This document shows positions 23,543 through 35,281 of a DNA stretch of 64,000 nt, piece by piece. The stretch comes from Alloascoidea hylecoeti (lineage: Eukaryota): the NCBI GenBank assembly GCA_001600815.1, contig BCKZ01000012.1, forward strand, positions 1-64,000, in the 5' to 3' direction. The notes below the pieces were generated by a model. That model searched no databases. It saw nothing but the letters and a program-made list of their open reading frames with translations, and had not been told where the DNA came from. Position 1 is the first letter of the stretch. Each line of letters starts with the position of its first letter. The position numbers and the translations under genes are program-made.

Positions 23543-25513
23543 ATGGTTAAAAAATCATTGATTAAAACTTTCAATGAAACTTTCAAATCAAATATAAATG
23601 TTTTTGAAAGGTTTCATAATTATAAGCATGAATTCAGGACATTTTACAAAACTACATTAACGCGGTCTTCTAATCGTACTTTTAATTATACGGGGTTTGG
23701 CCGTAGATGGTTATATTTAATGAATAATGGTGAGAATATCAATCGATTTATATTGTTTAGAAATTACAAATTTCAAGGTTATTCAGGTGCAAGAGGATTA
23801 GGATGTACTTTTGGCAGAAGAGGATTTAAAATAAAAAATAAAAGTGTTAATAATGGGGTAAAGATCAAGACCAACACTAACACTGAATCAAGAAGCAAAG
23901 GCCAATCATCTAGTAATTATAATACTAATATTCAATTTAAGTCATCAACAGAAGTAAAGGACGAAGAGTATGAAATCGATCCTATCACACTACATAAAAG
24001 AACTATTAAAAAAATTGAAAAACAACCAGAGGAGTATGAGATTGATCCAATAACTTTAAGGAAGAGACCAATTTTAAAAAGTGATGATTCAGTCAATTCC
24101 AAATCTAAGACGGGCCTAGAACAAAAAGATAAAATAGAGAAAGATGTAACACACGCCAAATCAAAAAAATCAGAAACAGTTCCGTTTGAAGATTTAAAGG
24201 TATCTAAATCCGAATCTAAACCCAACCATGTTGACACTAAACCGAAATCCGTAATTGATGATACTGAATCCAGATCCAACGATAAAAAAGATGTCACTAA
24301 ATCGGTTGATAAATCAAATCAATCAAACTTAAGACCTGACTCTATTTCAACTCCTAAAAGTGAACAGATCATAAACAAGGAACCAATTATAGACCCAAAA
24401 TCGACTAATCGTGATAGGCATATGGACTCAAAACCTCAACAAGCATCTATTAACAATCAACAAATTGAAATTAATGCAGACAAAAAAAAATTCCTTGATC
24501 CAAAAGATTTACCATTAATTAACTCAAGCAGTAATAATAAAAACAGTGATAAATTCCTTCAAATTGATAAACTTTTGTCATTTATGAATGATAATTCTTC
24601 AAATTCCAATCCATATAATCTTAAAAATGATAATGTTAATCAATTATTTAAACCTTCAACAAAAGATAGAATAAATGAAAAGGGTGAAAGGATTATTAAA
24701 GAAGATTTTGATATTGAGACTTTAATATCAGGTTTGAATTCTGAGAGAAATGGTAATAGTAATCCAATGAGTATTGATAGAAAATACACTCGTAAGACTT
24801 TGAAAAGAAAGACAAAAGAACCGTTATCTGAAATTGAAACGATTGTAAGATCTAAATCAAAATCATCAACAATAGCTGATGATGATAACTCAGAAATTAA
24901 AGAAGATAATAGAAATGAAATGTTTAGACAAAAAAATGCATATGAATGGAGTAAGCAACAAATCTCACCAAATCCTAGAACCATTGAACGTAATAATTTC
25001 TTTACACCAGTTCATGCATATGATTATGAATTATCATATCATCATAATACAAGTTTATTTCCAAAAATTTCAAATATAAATTCCAATTCCAAATCAAATT
25101 CAAATTCAAATATTAAAGAAAATAATTCAAAAGAATATTTAATTACAAATGATAAAGGAAAAATATCAAAATCATTACATTTCCCAATGTCAGATAAATA
25201 TAAAAAAGAAGATATTTTTACAATATTATCAAGATTATCAAATCCTGAAAAATATATTAATATAATTACAAGATTAGAAAAAAAAAACTGGAAATTAATT
25301 GGTGGTGGTGGTCCACAACAACTATTAGTTTATGAAAGAAATATTAATTTTAAATGGGTTAAAATTGGGAAATTTATTAGAAATTTTTTTGCAACTATTG
25401 GTGTTTTGTCAAGTATATTTATTGGTATGATGATTTATGTTGAAACAAGTGAAATTAAAAATGATGAAGTTGATTCTTTAAATAAACGATTCAAAAAAGT
25501 GAATAATATATAA
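23543..25513 (+). CDS. Uncharacterised probable mitochondrial membrane protein with two EEYEIDPITL repeats
   Basis: 656-aa ORF with an Arg/Lys-rich N-terminus and a C-terminal TM segment. Confidence 0.75.
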   Translation: MVKKSLIKTFNETFKSNINVFERFHNYKHEFRTFYKTTLTRSSNRTFNYTGFGRRWLYLMNNGENINRFILFRNYKFQGYSGARGLGCTFGRRGFKIKNKSVNNGVKIKTNTNTESRSKGQSSSNYNTNIQFKSSTEVKDEEYEIDPITLHKRTIKKIEKQPEEYEIDPITLRKRPILKSDDSVNSKSKTGLEQKDKIEKDVTHAKSKKSETVPFEDLKVSKSESKPNHVDTKPKSVIDDTESRSNDKKDVTKSVDKSNQSNLRPDSISTPKSEQIINKEPIIDPKSTNRDRHMDSKPQQASINNQQIEINADKKKFLDPKDLPLINSSSNNKNSDKFLQIDKLLSFMNDNSSNSNPYNLKNDNVNQLFKPSTKDRINEKGERIIKEDFDIETLISGLNSERNGNSNPMSIDRKYTRKTLKRKTKEPLSEIETIVRSKSKSSTIADDDNSEIKEDNRNEMFRQKNAYEWSKQQISPNPRTIERNNFFTPVHAYDYELSYHHNTSLFPKISNINSNSKSNSNSNIKENNSKEYLITNDKGKISKSLHFPMSDKYKKEDIFTILSRLSNPEKYINIITRLEKKNWKLIGGGGPQQLLVYERNINFKWVKIGKFIRNFFATIGVLSSIFIGMMIYVETSEIKNDEVDSLNKRFKKVNNI

Positions 25514-25533
25514 ATATATAAATGAGTAGTTAG

Positions 25534-26190
25534 TTAGTTATCAATATTCATTTGATTTATATCTTCATTATCAACATCCATATCTGTTTTACCCTCTACC
25601 TTTGTATGATAAATAGGTTCCGGTATTTCAGTAGTTGATTTTGAAATCCTTAATGAATTTATAAGGTTTAATCCTCCTGAATTTCCTTTCCATTCTCGTA
25701 ATGATTGAACAGTTTTAACATTACTTAGATCAGGTAATAAAAATCCAGTTTCAAATTCACTCTTATCATGTTTTATTTTCTCTTCAAGTATCGATAATCG
25801 ACTAGATGCTGGTCTACCAGGTCTTCTTTGATCTCTTAATTTTTTCAATTCATCATCATCTTTTGATATAAATCTAAAAACATACAAAAGTTAATGACAA
25901 TTCAAAAACGTTCAAAAAATGAAAACTTACGCTGTAATAAGTTCTTTCATCTCTTCTAAATTATAACTAACAATATCAGGATTCATATCCTTAACAATAG
26001 TCTGAAAAAATTTAACCCTTAATAAATCATGTTCACGTTGTGTATGTCTTGCATGCTTTCTTTCATTCATCTTTATATCTCTTAAAGTTGCTCTTGTTAA
26101 TTGTTTATATTTCCTTCCTTTTGGATGTAATTGAGAATTTGATCCTTTCAACTTCCTTTTCACTTTATTTAAATTTTTGATAAATGGCAT
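25534..26190 (-). CDS. TMA16: Translation machinery-associated protein 16 (2 exons)
   Basis: LHPKGRKYKQLTRATLR and RRPGRPASSR..EFETGFLLPDL motifs; intron 25930-25874. Confidence 0.92.
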
Positions 26191-26434
26191 CTTGTTATAA
26201 TGTTTAAATAAAAAATTGATAAAAAAGGGAAAGAAAATTTAAATTATTTTTGATATAAAATTTATATACACGTGACATTATATGAAAAAAAAGAGAGGAA
26301 AAAAAAACAGTTTCAAATCACAAAATCACAAATCAATTTTCACTAGGCTTGTCGTCGTCGAAATATCACTTATTCAAACATTATTATCATCAATCACAAC
26401 TATAACTTATATATATACAGACAAAAAAATCATA

Positions 26435-27223
26435 ATGGTTTCTTATACTCCTGAAGAATTAGTTGATATTGCAAAGACTGGATTTGTTGTTCCAAAGGCA
26501 ATTTCAACACAATACCTTAAGTTTGTATTTGGAGTAAAAGGTTCAGATGCAATTATTCATTCTATTACCATTGAAGAAGATGATTCCGTAGAAGATGATG
26601 AAAAAAATGATAATATTGAACAAGAAGAAGATGATGAAAATGCAATTGAAAGTTCCGACGATGAAGAAAATGATGATGAAGATGGAAATGAGTCTGATGC
26701 AGCTGATGTTGATATTACAGAACTAGCAAGTAAATATGGATCGTTTGTTAAACCAACTAGAAGAACATCACGTTCGAAAGATTTTGATGCTCGCGTTTTA
26801 AAATCAATCTCACATGGGAGAAGTCAAGTAAAAACAACAAATGAATCACAGGAAGATCCAATTGAAACTTATAAGAAACAACGTATTTCTTCATTAATAT
26901 CATTAATTGATAAAGTTCTTAATCCTTCTGATCCATATTCACGTGAAACTGAAGAAGAATTTCATCAAGTTAAACATCATAATCATTTAACTGCGGAAGT
27001 TGATGTTGATGGATGGACAAGTGTTCCTGCAAGACATGGAAGAAAAAGTTTCGGAGGAGAAGATGGTCATCATTCAAGAAAAGGATTTAGAGATGGTTTA
27101 AGAGGAGGTGGTTTCAGAGGAAGAGGAAGAGGTGGTTTTCAAAGAGGAAGAGGACAACCTCATCATGGAAATGGAGAACCAATTGATCTAGCAGCTGCTA
27201 GAACTCATCATGAGACTCAATGA
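26435..27223 (+). CDS. Caf20-like eIF4E-binding protein with acidic insert and RGG tail
   Basis: MVSYTPEELV fits Y-x4-L-phi at the extreme N-terminus. DVDGW motif. RGGGFRGRGRGGFQRGRG. Confidence 0.55.
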   Translation: MVSYTPEELVDIAKTGFVVPKAISTQYLKFVFGVKGSDAIIHSITIEEDDSVEDDEKNDNIEQEEDDENAIESSDDEENDDEDGNESDAADVDITELASKYGSFVKPTRRTSRSKDFDARVLKSISHGRSQVKTTNESQEDPIETYKKQRISSLISLIDKVLNPSDPYSRETEEEFHQVKHHNHLTAEVDVDGWTSVPARHGRKSFGGEDGHHSRKGFRDGLRGGGFRGRGRGGFQRGRGQPHHGNGEPIDLAAARTHHETQ

Positions 27224-27567
27224 TTATATAATTACAAAAACACTTTTCAACTCTGCCATTTTTTTGATTTTGAACTTTTGCTTATACATTTAAAAAGGGA
27301 AATTGAAATCTTTGAATATATGATTATGGACCTATTAATTATATAACTAGACGATTACTTATATAATTACAACTACAGCAAGAAAACAAGAACAGCAAAT
27401 ATGACAAGAGAAAACAGAGTATTTAACAAAATATTTAACAAAGTATTTACTTTTTTCAATACTTAGGCCTATAAAAGCAATTATGATTTTACACGTGATG
27501 TTAGTCACATGAATAGATTATGTAATCACTAAAATTTAAAGTAAACAAAAAAATATTATTATTTCAT

Positions 27568-28455
27568 ATGATTCGAGCTTTAGCAGTGATAAAACCAGTC
27601 TCTTCTTTGACATCTCTGGTGAAAGGAGAATTGGTACAATCCAAAGAAGTTTTTCCTATTCTTCCATATTCATTACGGTCTTTCCAACAATCTCGTACGA
27701 TTAAATCTACATCAAAGTATGAAACAACTGCTTTATTAACAAGCCGAAAAGGTAGTGAATTTGCTTTAATGTCCGTCGTTTCATTACGTAGTGAGTTGAA
27801 AAAAAGAGGATTAAAAGTTTCTGGTAGAAAAACACAATTAGTTGAAAGATTAGTTGGTTATGATATTGGTATGACTAGTGATCATGATCGGAAAATGATA
27901 TCATCAATTGCAATTAAGAATTTAAAAAAACAAGATCATATTCAAATATTTAATAACAATAATAAAAATATTTCAAAAAATATTCAAATTAGTTCTAAAA
28001 TTCTTACAAAAACTATCTCCACAACACCTATTATTAAAGCAAAAGGGGATGATTCAACAATTGATTTTTATAAAATTCCAACTAGAGTTTATACTGAAAC
28101 TCCATTAGAACCTCAAATTAAAATTCCATCTTTAGATATTAAATCTTCAAATGATAAGGTTTCAAACAATTTATTTATAAAAGAAGATAAAAAAATCATT
28201 CAAGTTTCTGGTGATAATGATATTGTTACTTCAATAAATGATACTGTTGACGCTGTATTAGAAAGTCCGAAATTGACTACAACAGAATCTGAATCTGAAT
28301 CTGAATCTAAATCTAATCCGAATTCTAAAGAAACACCTCCACATGAACCTGAAGAAGAATTCTCTAGTAAGGATAGGATATTCCTTTCATCGTTTTCAGT
28401 TACTGTACTTGCGTGGTGGCTTTTAGTACCAGGACGTAAACCAAAGGAAATTTGA
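27568..28455 (+). CDS. AIM34: Mitochondrial SAP-domain protein
   Basis: MSVVSLRSELKKRGLKVSGRKTQLVERL, GDDSTIDF and a C-terminal TM segment. Confidence 0.75.
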   Translation: MIRALAVIKPVSSLTSLVKGELVQSKEVFPILPYSLRSFQQSRTIKSTSKYETTALLTSRKGSEFALMSVVSLRSELKKRGLKVSGRKTQLVERLVGYDIGMTSDHDRKMISSIAIKNLKKQDHIQIFNNNNKNISKNIQISSKILTKTISTTPIIKAKGDDSTIDFYKIPTRVYTETPLEPQIKIPSLDIKSSNDKVSNNLFIKEDKKIIQVSGDNDIVTSINDTVDAVLESPKLTTTESESESESKSNPNSKETPPHEPEEEFSSKDRIFLSSFSVTVLAWWLLVPGRKPKEI

Positions 28456-28590
28456 CGGGACACAGAACAAATGATATTAGTGTTAATATATTGTCTATAT
28501 GCTTCTAAATTTAAATTGATTTCTATGATTTGACTTATGATATATATATACTTGAACTACTCTGTAGGCCGTAAGAAACGTTATGATGTA

Positions 28591-29721
28591 TTAAAAAGAC
28601 TTCACAGTTCCAAAAATTAAAGCAACAGTTGATATTATAGTACCAACAGTAACCAAAACTCCAAATGTAATTCCAGAACCCAATCGATGTTTTCTAACCA
28701 AAGGGCTATAAATATCATCGAATGACATTGAACCACTATATCCATTCCCATAACCATGATTTATACTATTCGTATTCTCAGCTTTTAATTTCCTACTTTT
28801 TGAACGAAGTTCATCATATTTTTTTTGATGTTGTAAATGTAAATCATAATCAAAATGTGGTACATCATTATTTAAACCAGTTTGTGGCATACCATTTAAA
28901 TTTGAATTATGTATTGTTCTTGAATATTTTTCAAAACCTCTACCTTGATCTCTTTCATCTCCATAATAAACTTTCCTCCTTCCGGTATTTGAAGTTGTAT
29001 TTGAATCTGTATTATTTGAATTTGTTGATGTATTATTTTCTTTATTAGCTGATGGGTTTGCATAATGATAATGATGTGATCTTGTCCTACTACGACTGTA
29101 GTAACTCCCCTTAGTTGCATTATTATAACTATATTGGCTTGAATCTGCATCATATGACTCAGAAGATGACCTATTTCTATTGTTTGATCCTAGTTTTGTA
29201 TCATATTCCGCTCGTGCTGTTTTATCACTAAGAGTTTCATAGGCATCTTTTATTTTTAGAAATCTTCTTCGAGAGGTTCTTCTAATGTCTAGTGATTTAT
29301 GACGATTCAAGTCAGGGTGATATTGCTTTGAAAGCTGGTGGAATTTTGAGCGAATTTCCTTTTCAGAAGCATTATGGGGAAGGCCTAATGATTCATAATG
29401 TGTTTTTCTTATTTGAATCAACGTAAGAGAAGTTGTAAATTGTATAGGATAGCTAGAAGATTGATGTAGATATATATTCTGAAGTCTATTGGATAACGGA
29501 GATAATGAGTGAGATAACGAATAGGTAGATATATCTTTGAACGCTTTCATCTTGCTATTTATCATATAAATCGACGAGAACGATATTCTACCATATAGTA
29601 AAATCGCTCCAGCTGGCCGTAATATCATATTTGGATATTGATATTGTTGTTGGTTTATATAAATATATTTATGGTGAAGAAATGAAATATGATTTTCAAA
29701 CTCCGTCCGGATAACAAACAA
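28591..29721 (-). CDS. J-domain (DnaJ) protein with C-terminal TM, probably mitochondrial; true start likely downstream
   Basis: THYESLGL..LSKQYHPD..AYETLSD..RAEYD; NDVPHFD. Confidence 0.85.
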   Translation of the reverse strand: MFVIRTEFENHISFLHHKYIYINQQQYQYPNMILRPAGAILLYGRISFSSIYMINSKMKAFKDISTYSLSHSLSPLSNRLQNIYLHQSSSYPIQFTTSLTLIQIRKTHYESLGLPHNASEKEIRSKFHQLSKQYHPDLNRHKSLDIRRTSRRRFLKIKDAYETLSDKTARAEYDTKLGSNNRNRSSSESYDADSSQYSYNNATKGSYYSRSRTRSHHYHYANPSANKENNTSTNSNNTDSNTTSNTGRRKVYYGDERDQGRGFEKYSRTIHNSNLNGMPQTGLNNDVPHFDYDLHLQHQKKYDELRSKSRKLKAENTNSINHGYGNGYSGSMSFDDIYSPLVRKHRLGSGITFGVLVTVGTIISTVALIFGTVKSF

Positions 29722-29787
29722 TTTTAATTGTGTGTCTCATTTTGAAGACAATATCCTTCCACCAGTAATTTTAATGGTAATACAAAA

Positions 29788-30556
29788 ATGTCAATACTCA
29801 CAAAACAAACATTTTCAATAACTCGACAAACAACTAATTTGTTCTGTTCAACAAGGCCTGTTTATTTAACTAAACGACCTTTTTTAACAAACTTGGCCGC
29901 TTTAAAAAAATCACTAAACAATACTAATGTTCAAACATATGAAATTACAAGACGTCTAAAGTAAATACACCTTCTTTTTCTCTTGTTTGGAAATTATCAT
30001 TTATCGTAATATATACTGATTACATAAATCTAGTCATCCCCCGGAAATCTTCTTCAAAGTTGCTTCTGGTGTTGAGTACTATCAAGATTTTCTTCCTTTT
30101 TGTCTATCATCAATAGTCACTGAACGGGACCCAACCACAAATCTACCAACTATAGGCATATTACGAGTTGGTTGGAAGGCATTTGATGAGACATTTGAGA
30201 GTAAAGTTGATTGTATTGCTCCTCATACGGTCACTGTATGTTTCTATAGATTCCTAATCCATTACTACTTGATATACTAACTTGATACTTACAATGAATA
30301 GGCAGAATCAATATCTCATGATGTTTTCGAAACATTAACAACAAAATGGACAATTCTTCCATTTGAGAAAAAGCCAAACGAATCGAATGTTACAATACAA
30401 TTGAAATATTGTTTTAAGAGTTCTCTGTATAATCAAGTTACTTCCAATTTTGCACCAACTGTTGCAAAAATGATGATCGAATGTTTTGAGAAAAGAGCGG
30501 TTGAACTACGAATGGAATTGCAGAGGAAAGATATTTCTCAAAAAAGCAGTAAATGA
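29788..30556 (+). CDS. COQ10: Coenzyme Q-binding START-domain protein (3 exons; absent from ORF track)
   Basis: Introns 29961-30033 and 30236-30301 give VASGVEYYQDFLPFC..LRVGWKAFDETFESKV..FETLTTKW..FEKRA. Confidence 0.92.
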
Positions 30557-30736
30557 ATGAATTAAATATTTATGAAGATTTATATACCGATTATTTCTTG
30601 TAAATAGAACCCAAACATCCATACACACACACTTCGACGCGAAACCTCCTTAAATTTCCACTTTTCTTTATTTACCCATTTTTATTATCTACTCATTAGC
30701 TATCCAAAGACGACGTGTTCCAAATTTTGATATAAA

Positions 30737-33700
30737 ATGGCTATTGGTGTACAACTGCGGAAGTTGAAATTTAACCAACAAATTGTACCATCTCCCGGTC
30801 GTTCCATTTCTACAAAAGAACTATTGAACAGATTTAAGATTCTACAAGATGAATTAGCCTCATTACCACAAGAAGAAGTTGATCTTGATACTATTAGAAA
30901 AATTGCAAAAGATTTAACTCATAAGAATATTCTTCATAATAAAGATATTGGTATTAAAGCATATGCTGCTTGTTGTTTAGCTGATATCTTAAGAATCTTT
31001 GCACCAGACGCGCCATATACTGGTCATAAATTAACTGAAATTTTTAATTTTTTCTTTGAACAATTAAAACATGTTTCAATTAATTCAGAATCAAATTATA
31101 CTTATTTTAATCAATTATTTTATTTATTAAGATCTTTATCTGAAGTAAGAAGTATTGTTTTAGTAACTGATTTACCTCATTCTGATGAATTAATTAAATC
31201 AATTTTTGATAAATTATATGAAGCTGCAAATAAAGGTATTCCAAAACAACTAGAACCTTTATGTGCTGATATATTATCTGCAATTATTGAAGAGTCTGAA
31301 GAAATTCCATCTGAAATATTAAAAAAAATCCTCTTTTATTTCTTAAAAGGTGAAAAACATTCAAATATAAATTCAAATATTACACAATCTAATGGTAATG
31401 GTAATGGAAATGGTAAATCAGGTTCAGTAACACAACAAATGAATGTTAGATATACAGGTTATAATTTTTCAACTATTATTTGTGATCAAAATGCTGATAG
31501 AATGACACGACAAATAACTCAATATTTCTCTGAAACTTTATTTGAAAATACTCAAATTGAAAAAGATGGTTTTGATATTGAAAAATCAAAAAAAAATTTA
31601 TCAACAATACATAGATTAGCAATTGAAATATGGAGAGCTGTTCCTGAATTATTAACTTCTGTAATGGGTTTATTAAATGATGAATTGACAACTGAAGATT
31701 CAATGATTAGAATTTTAGCAACTGATACCGTTGGTGCAATTTTAGGAATTTCTCCATCAAGGGTTGATTTTGTTTCTCAACATCATGATACCTGGAATAA
31801 TTGGATGAATAGAATATCTGACAAATCTCCATTGGTAAGAGAAAGATGGACTATGAAATCTTGTACCGTTCTTGCCAATAGAGTTGATGTTATTAAAGAA
31901 GTTTCTAATGGTTTAACCAAATGTTTAATCGATACTGATAGAAAAGTTAGATTGGCTGCTTGTAAAACAGTTTCATTATTATTATCTGAACATTTATTAC
32001 TTACAAAAATCAGAAATAAAACATTACTTGAAACTTTAGGTAGTTTAACAAGAGAACGTGATCCAACTATTAGAAATACAGTTATTGATATACTGGGACA
32101 ATTGTATAATGAAATTTTTAAAGATTTATATTCTGGTAATGATGATGAACTTGATTCATTAGTTGGTTGGATACCAACAAATATTTTACAACTTATTTAT
32201 GTTAATGATAAACAAATTAATTTTAAAATGGATAAAGTTTTATTTGAACAAATTTTACCATTTGAAATTAATAATGAAATTCGTGTTAATAGATTATTAA
32301 CTGTTATAAAAAATATCAATGATTCAAAATCAAAAACTTCATTTTTATCAATTGGTAAAAGACAACAACAATTATCATCATTTTTAGAACAATTTATAAC
32401 ATTATGTGAAAATTACAATTCTGGTTCACCAATTGATGATAAAGAAACTACTACATCAATTGAACAAAAATTAAATAAAGCTAAAAAGTGGTTTTCTGCT
32501 TTATTTCCTGATGATATGGATGTTGAAAGATTATTAACAGAATTTATTAATAAAAATGATAAAAGATGGTATACATTAATCAAAATTTGTATTAATCCTG
32601 AAGCTGATTATGAAACAATTAGAAGATCAATTGTTGAATTATTAAATAAAACTGGTTTATACAATAAAGATCTTCAATCATTTATAAAAATATTAATGTA
32701 TCGATCAAGTCTTATTCTATATAATAAAAGTAATATTCCTGAATTGGTTAAAATTTCAAGAAATTTAAATCATCCTTTACATTCAACATCGCATGAATTA
32801 GTTACAGAAATATCAAATGTTACACCAAGTTTATTTAAAAGTCATATTTCTGAATTAATTGAAGTTATTAAAACAAATAATCCAGGGTTTGATGGTTCAT
32901 GTCATACATTAAAAACAATTTTACAATTTACAAGAAAATTTTTAGATTTAGTACCAAGTGATAAATTATATTTTGAATCATTAAAAAATTTTGCAACAAA
33001 TGGATCACCAGAAGAAGCAAAATTATCAATTAAAATTCTTTCATTTTCAAAAAATAAAGAAATGTATTATCAACAAATCTTAAAAGATATATTACCATTA
33101 AATAAAAAAAATCCAAAATTTGTTACTTATATTTCTGCTTTAGCTTCATTATATATATCATTACCTGAAATAATTGGTATAAAAGAAAATGAAGAAATAA
33201 CTGCATATCTTATTAANAATGTTCTTTTAAAAAATGATACTCAAATAGATGAAGAAAATGATCAATTATGGTTGAATGATGATGAAATTAANACAGAAAC
33301 TNTAGCNAAAATTTATGTTTTAAAATNATTTGTTAATCGTTTAAAAATTTATGAAGAATCTTCTGAAGATGCAACACAACAAGCTGATCCTGTTTTTAAA
33401 ATTTTAATTTCATTAATTGGACATGGTGGTGAGATATCAACAACTAAAAATGGTTTAACTCCTTCATACACAAGATCAAGATTAAGGCTACAGGCAGGAT
33501 TATTATTACTCAAATTAGCAAAGTCCCCATTATACCATTCTATGATTACTGCAAATCACATTAATCGGCTTATTTTTATTGTTCAAGATGAATGTTTACA
33601 GGTTCGAACACAATTTGTGGATACACTAAAACGATATATAAATTTGGAAGTTATTTCAGATAGATTCTTACCATTAGTATTTTTCATTGCACATGAACCA

Positions 33701-34636
33701 ACAACAGAACTAAAGAATAGTACATTAACTTGGATTAAAGCTTCATTTGCGCGTCAGAAAAAATTACACTCAAAAGACCTAATATATGAAAAATCTTTTG
33801 CAAGACTACTTCAAATGATTGCACATCATGAAGATTTTATGAGTGCTATAGAAGAAGCATTAGATAAATCTTCAAATGATAAAGATAAAGATGAAAATGA
33901 CAGTGACAAGGAAAATAATAATACTGAAGATCCAAGCGCAAGACTTTTTGTTGCATTTCAATTAGCAGTTGAATTTATAAATGTTTATGTTCAATCGATT
34001 GCAAATAAAAACAATATATCCTTACTTTATTACATTTCACAACGTGTTAAAATGTTCCGTGATAAACTAACAGAAGATATGGATATTAATTCATTAGCTG
34101 CAACCAATCTCTATCGAGTTTCTGATATTGCACAACTTGTTTTAATGGAATTAAAGAATTTATCCAAAGATTGGTCGGTTGATGCATGGCCTGGGAAGTT
34201 ACAATTACCTGGTGATACATTTGCAGTTTTCAAAAGAGAAGAAAAAAGTGCTGGTGATAAAATAATAACAACAAATTTCATTCCAGATGTGATTTTAGAT
34301 CGATTTAAAGAATATATTTCTAAGAAATTGACAAGAGCTTTCTCTAAAAGAGCTCTAAACGTTACGAAAAGAATTGTAGTGAAAGAAGAAAACAATGGTA
34401 TCTCTACTAAAACCATGCCATTGAAGAGAAAACAATCGATCTCAAAAAGAGGGCCAAAACGAGTAAAAGCAAATAAGCAATTACCAAAGGAAAAGGGTGC
34501 CACAAGAAGAAGTACTCGTAATAAAAATAGGTCTGTATCCTACACTTATGATTCTGATGAAAATGAGGAAGAAGAGGAGGTAAATATAGAGGATGAAGCT
34601 GATAGTGATGAAGAAATGGATGAAAGTATTTTGTAA
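30737..34636 (+). CDS. PDS5: Sister chromatid cohesion protein
   Basis: ACCLADILRIFAPDAPY, HEAT repeats, RLRLQAG and LLYYISQRVK motifs. An MCB/SCB-like GACGCGAAA lies upstream (~30636). Confidence 0.96.
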   Translation: MAIGVQLRKLKFNQQIVPSPGRSISTKELLNRFKILQDELASLPQEEVDLDTIRKIAKDLTHKNILHNKDIGIKAYAACCLADILRIFAPDAPYTGHKLTEIFNFFFEQLKHVSINSESNYTYFNQLFYLLRSLSEVRSIVLVTDLPHSDELIKSIFDKLYEAANKGIPKQLEPLCADILSAIIEESEEIPSEILKKILFYFLKGEKHSNINSNITQSNGNGNGNGKSGSVTQQMNVRYTGYNFSTIICDQNADRMTRQITQYFSETLFENTQIEKDGFDIEKSKKNLSTIHRLAIEIWRAVPELLTSVMGLLNDELTTEDSMIRILATDTVGAILGISPSRVDFVSQHHDTWNNWMNRISDKSPLVRERWTMKSCTVLANRVDVIKEVSNGLTKCLIDTDRKVRLAACKTVSLLLSEHLLLTKIRNKTLLETLGSLTRERDPTIRNTVIDILGQLYNEIFKDLYSGNDDELDSLVGWIPTNILQLIYVNDKQINFKMDKVLFEQILPFEINNEIRVNRLLTVIKNINDSKSKTSFLSIGKRQQQLSSFLEQFITLCENYNSGSPIDDKETTTSIEQKLNKAKKWFSALFPDDMDVERLLTEFINKNDKRWYTLIKICINPEADYETIRRSIVELLNKTGLYNKDLQSFIKILMYRSSLILYNKSNIPELVKISRNLNHPLHSTSHELVTEISNVTPSLFKSHISELIEVIKTNNPGFDGSCHTLKTILQFTRKFLDLVPSDKLYFESLKNFATNGSPEEAKLSIKILSFSKNKEMYYQQILKDILPLNKKNPKFVTYISALASLYISLPEIIGIKENEEITAYLIXNVLLKNDTQIDEENDQLWLNDDEIXTETXXKIYVLKXFVNRLKIYEESSEDATQQADPVFKILISLIGHGGEISTTKNGLTPSYTRSRLRLQAGLLLLKLAKSPLYHSMITANHINRLIFIVQDECLQVRTQFVDTLKRYINLEVISDRFLPLVFFIAHEPTTELKNSTLTWIKASFARQKKLHSKDLIYEKSFARLLQMIAHHEDFMSAIEEALDKSSNDKDKDENDSDKENNNTEDPSARLFVAFQLAVEFINVYVQSIANKNNISLLYYISQRVKMFRDKLTEDMDINSLAATNLYRVSDIAQLVLMELKNLSKDWSVDAWPGKLQLPGDTFAVFKREEKSAGDKIITTNFIPDVILDRFKEYISKKLTRAFSKRALNVTKRIVVKEENNGISTKTMPLKRKQSISKRGPKRVKANKQLPKEKGATRRSTRNKNRSVSYTYDSDENEEEEEVNIEDEADSDEEMDESIL

Positions 34637-35281
34637 TAATATATTATAGAAGCGGCAATTGCAATAAACTTGTTTTCGTTAACTTGTATTATGTATTATG
34701 ATGTTAGTAATTGATTGACTCTCTCTGTAGATCTACATTCTCGCTACAACTGTACCATACTGTACCAATAGTTACATATCCATATCAATATAAATATAAA
34801 TTACCACCATTAAAGAAGTAATCATGAAGAATGAAATTCAGATTCAAAAATTCAAAGAAAAAACATGGCACATATTATATTAATTAACAAAAAATCAACA
34901 ATACAAAAAATAAAAAGGAACAACCAACAACTCATTAGGAAAAAAAGGATTGAGTTTGCTCTTTAAAAATATCCATTTAATTACTCTTTATTCATCACCA
35001 AAATCATATCTTTAATATAAAAGCACATTTTAAATTTTGTTGTATTTTATGAGAATTGATCTTCTTTTTCCTGATATTGATTGTTTTAATTAAATTTGTT
35101 TATATTTCACCATATTACCCCATTTTTTTAAAAAAAGTATAGCTATATATCGCTATAGGATAATAGAGAAAACAAAGATTTTTGTGATGTCTTTCTATAC
35201 GCATTTTTGATCTGTTCTCACGTTTCTTTATTTTTGATACCCCCTTTTTTTAGACCTATTCTTTTATTATTCAAACCTTCA

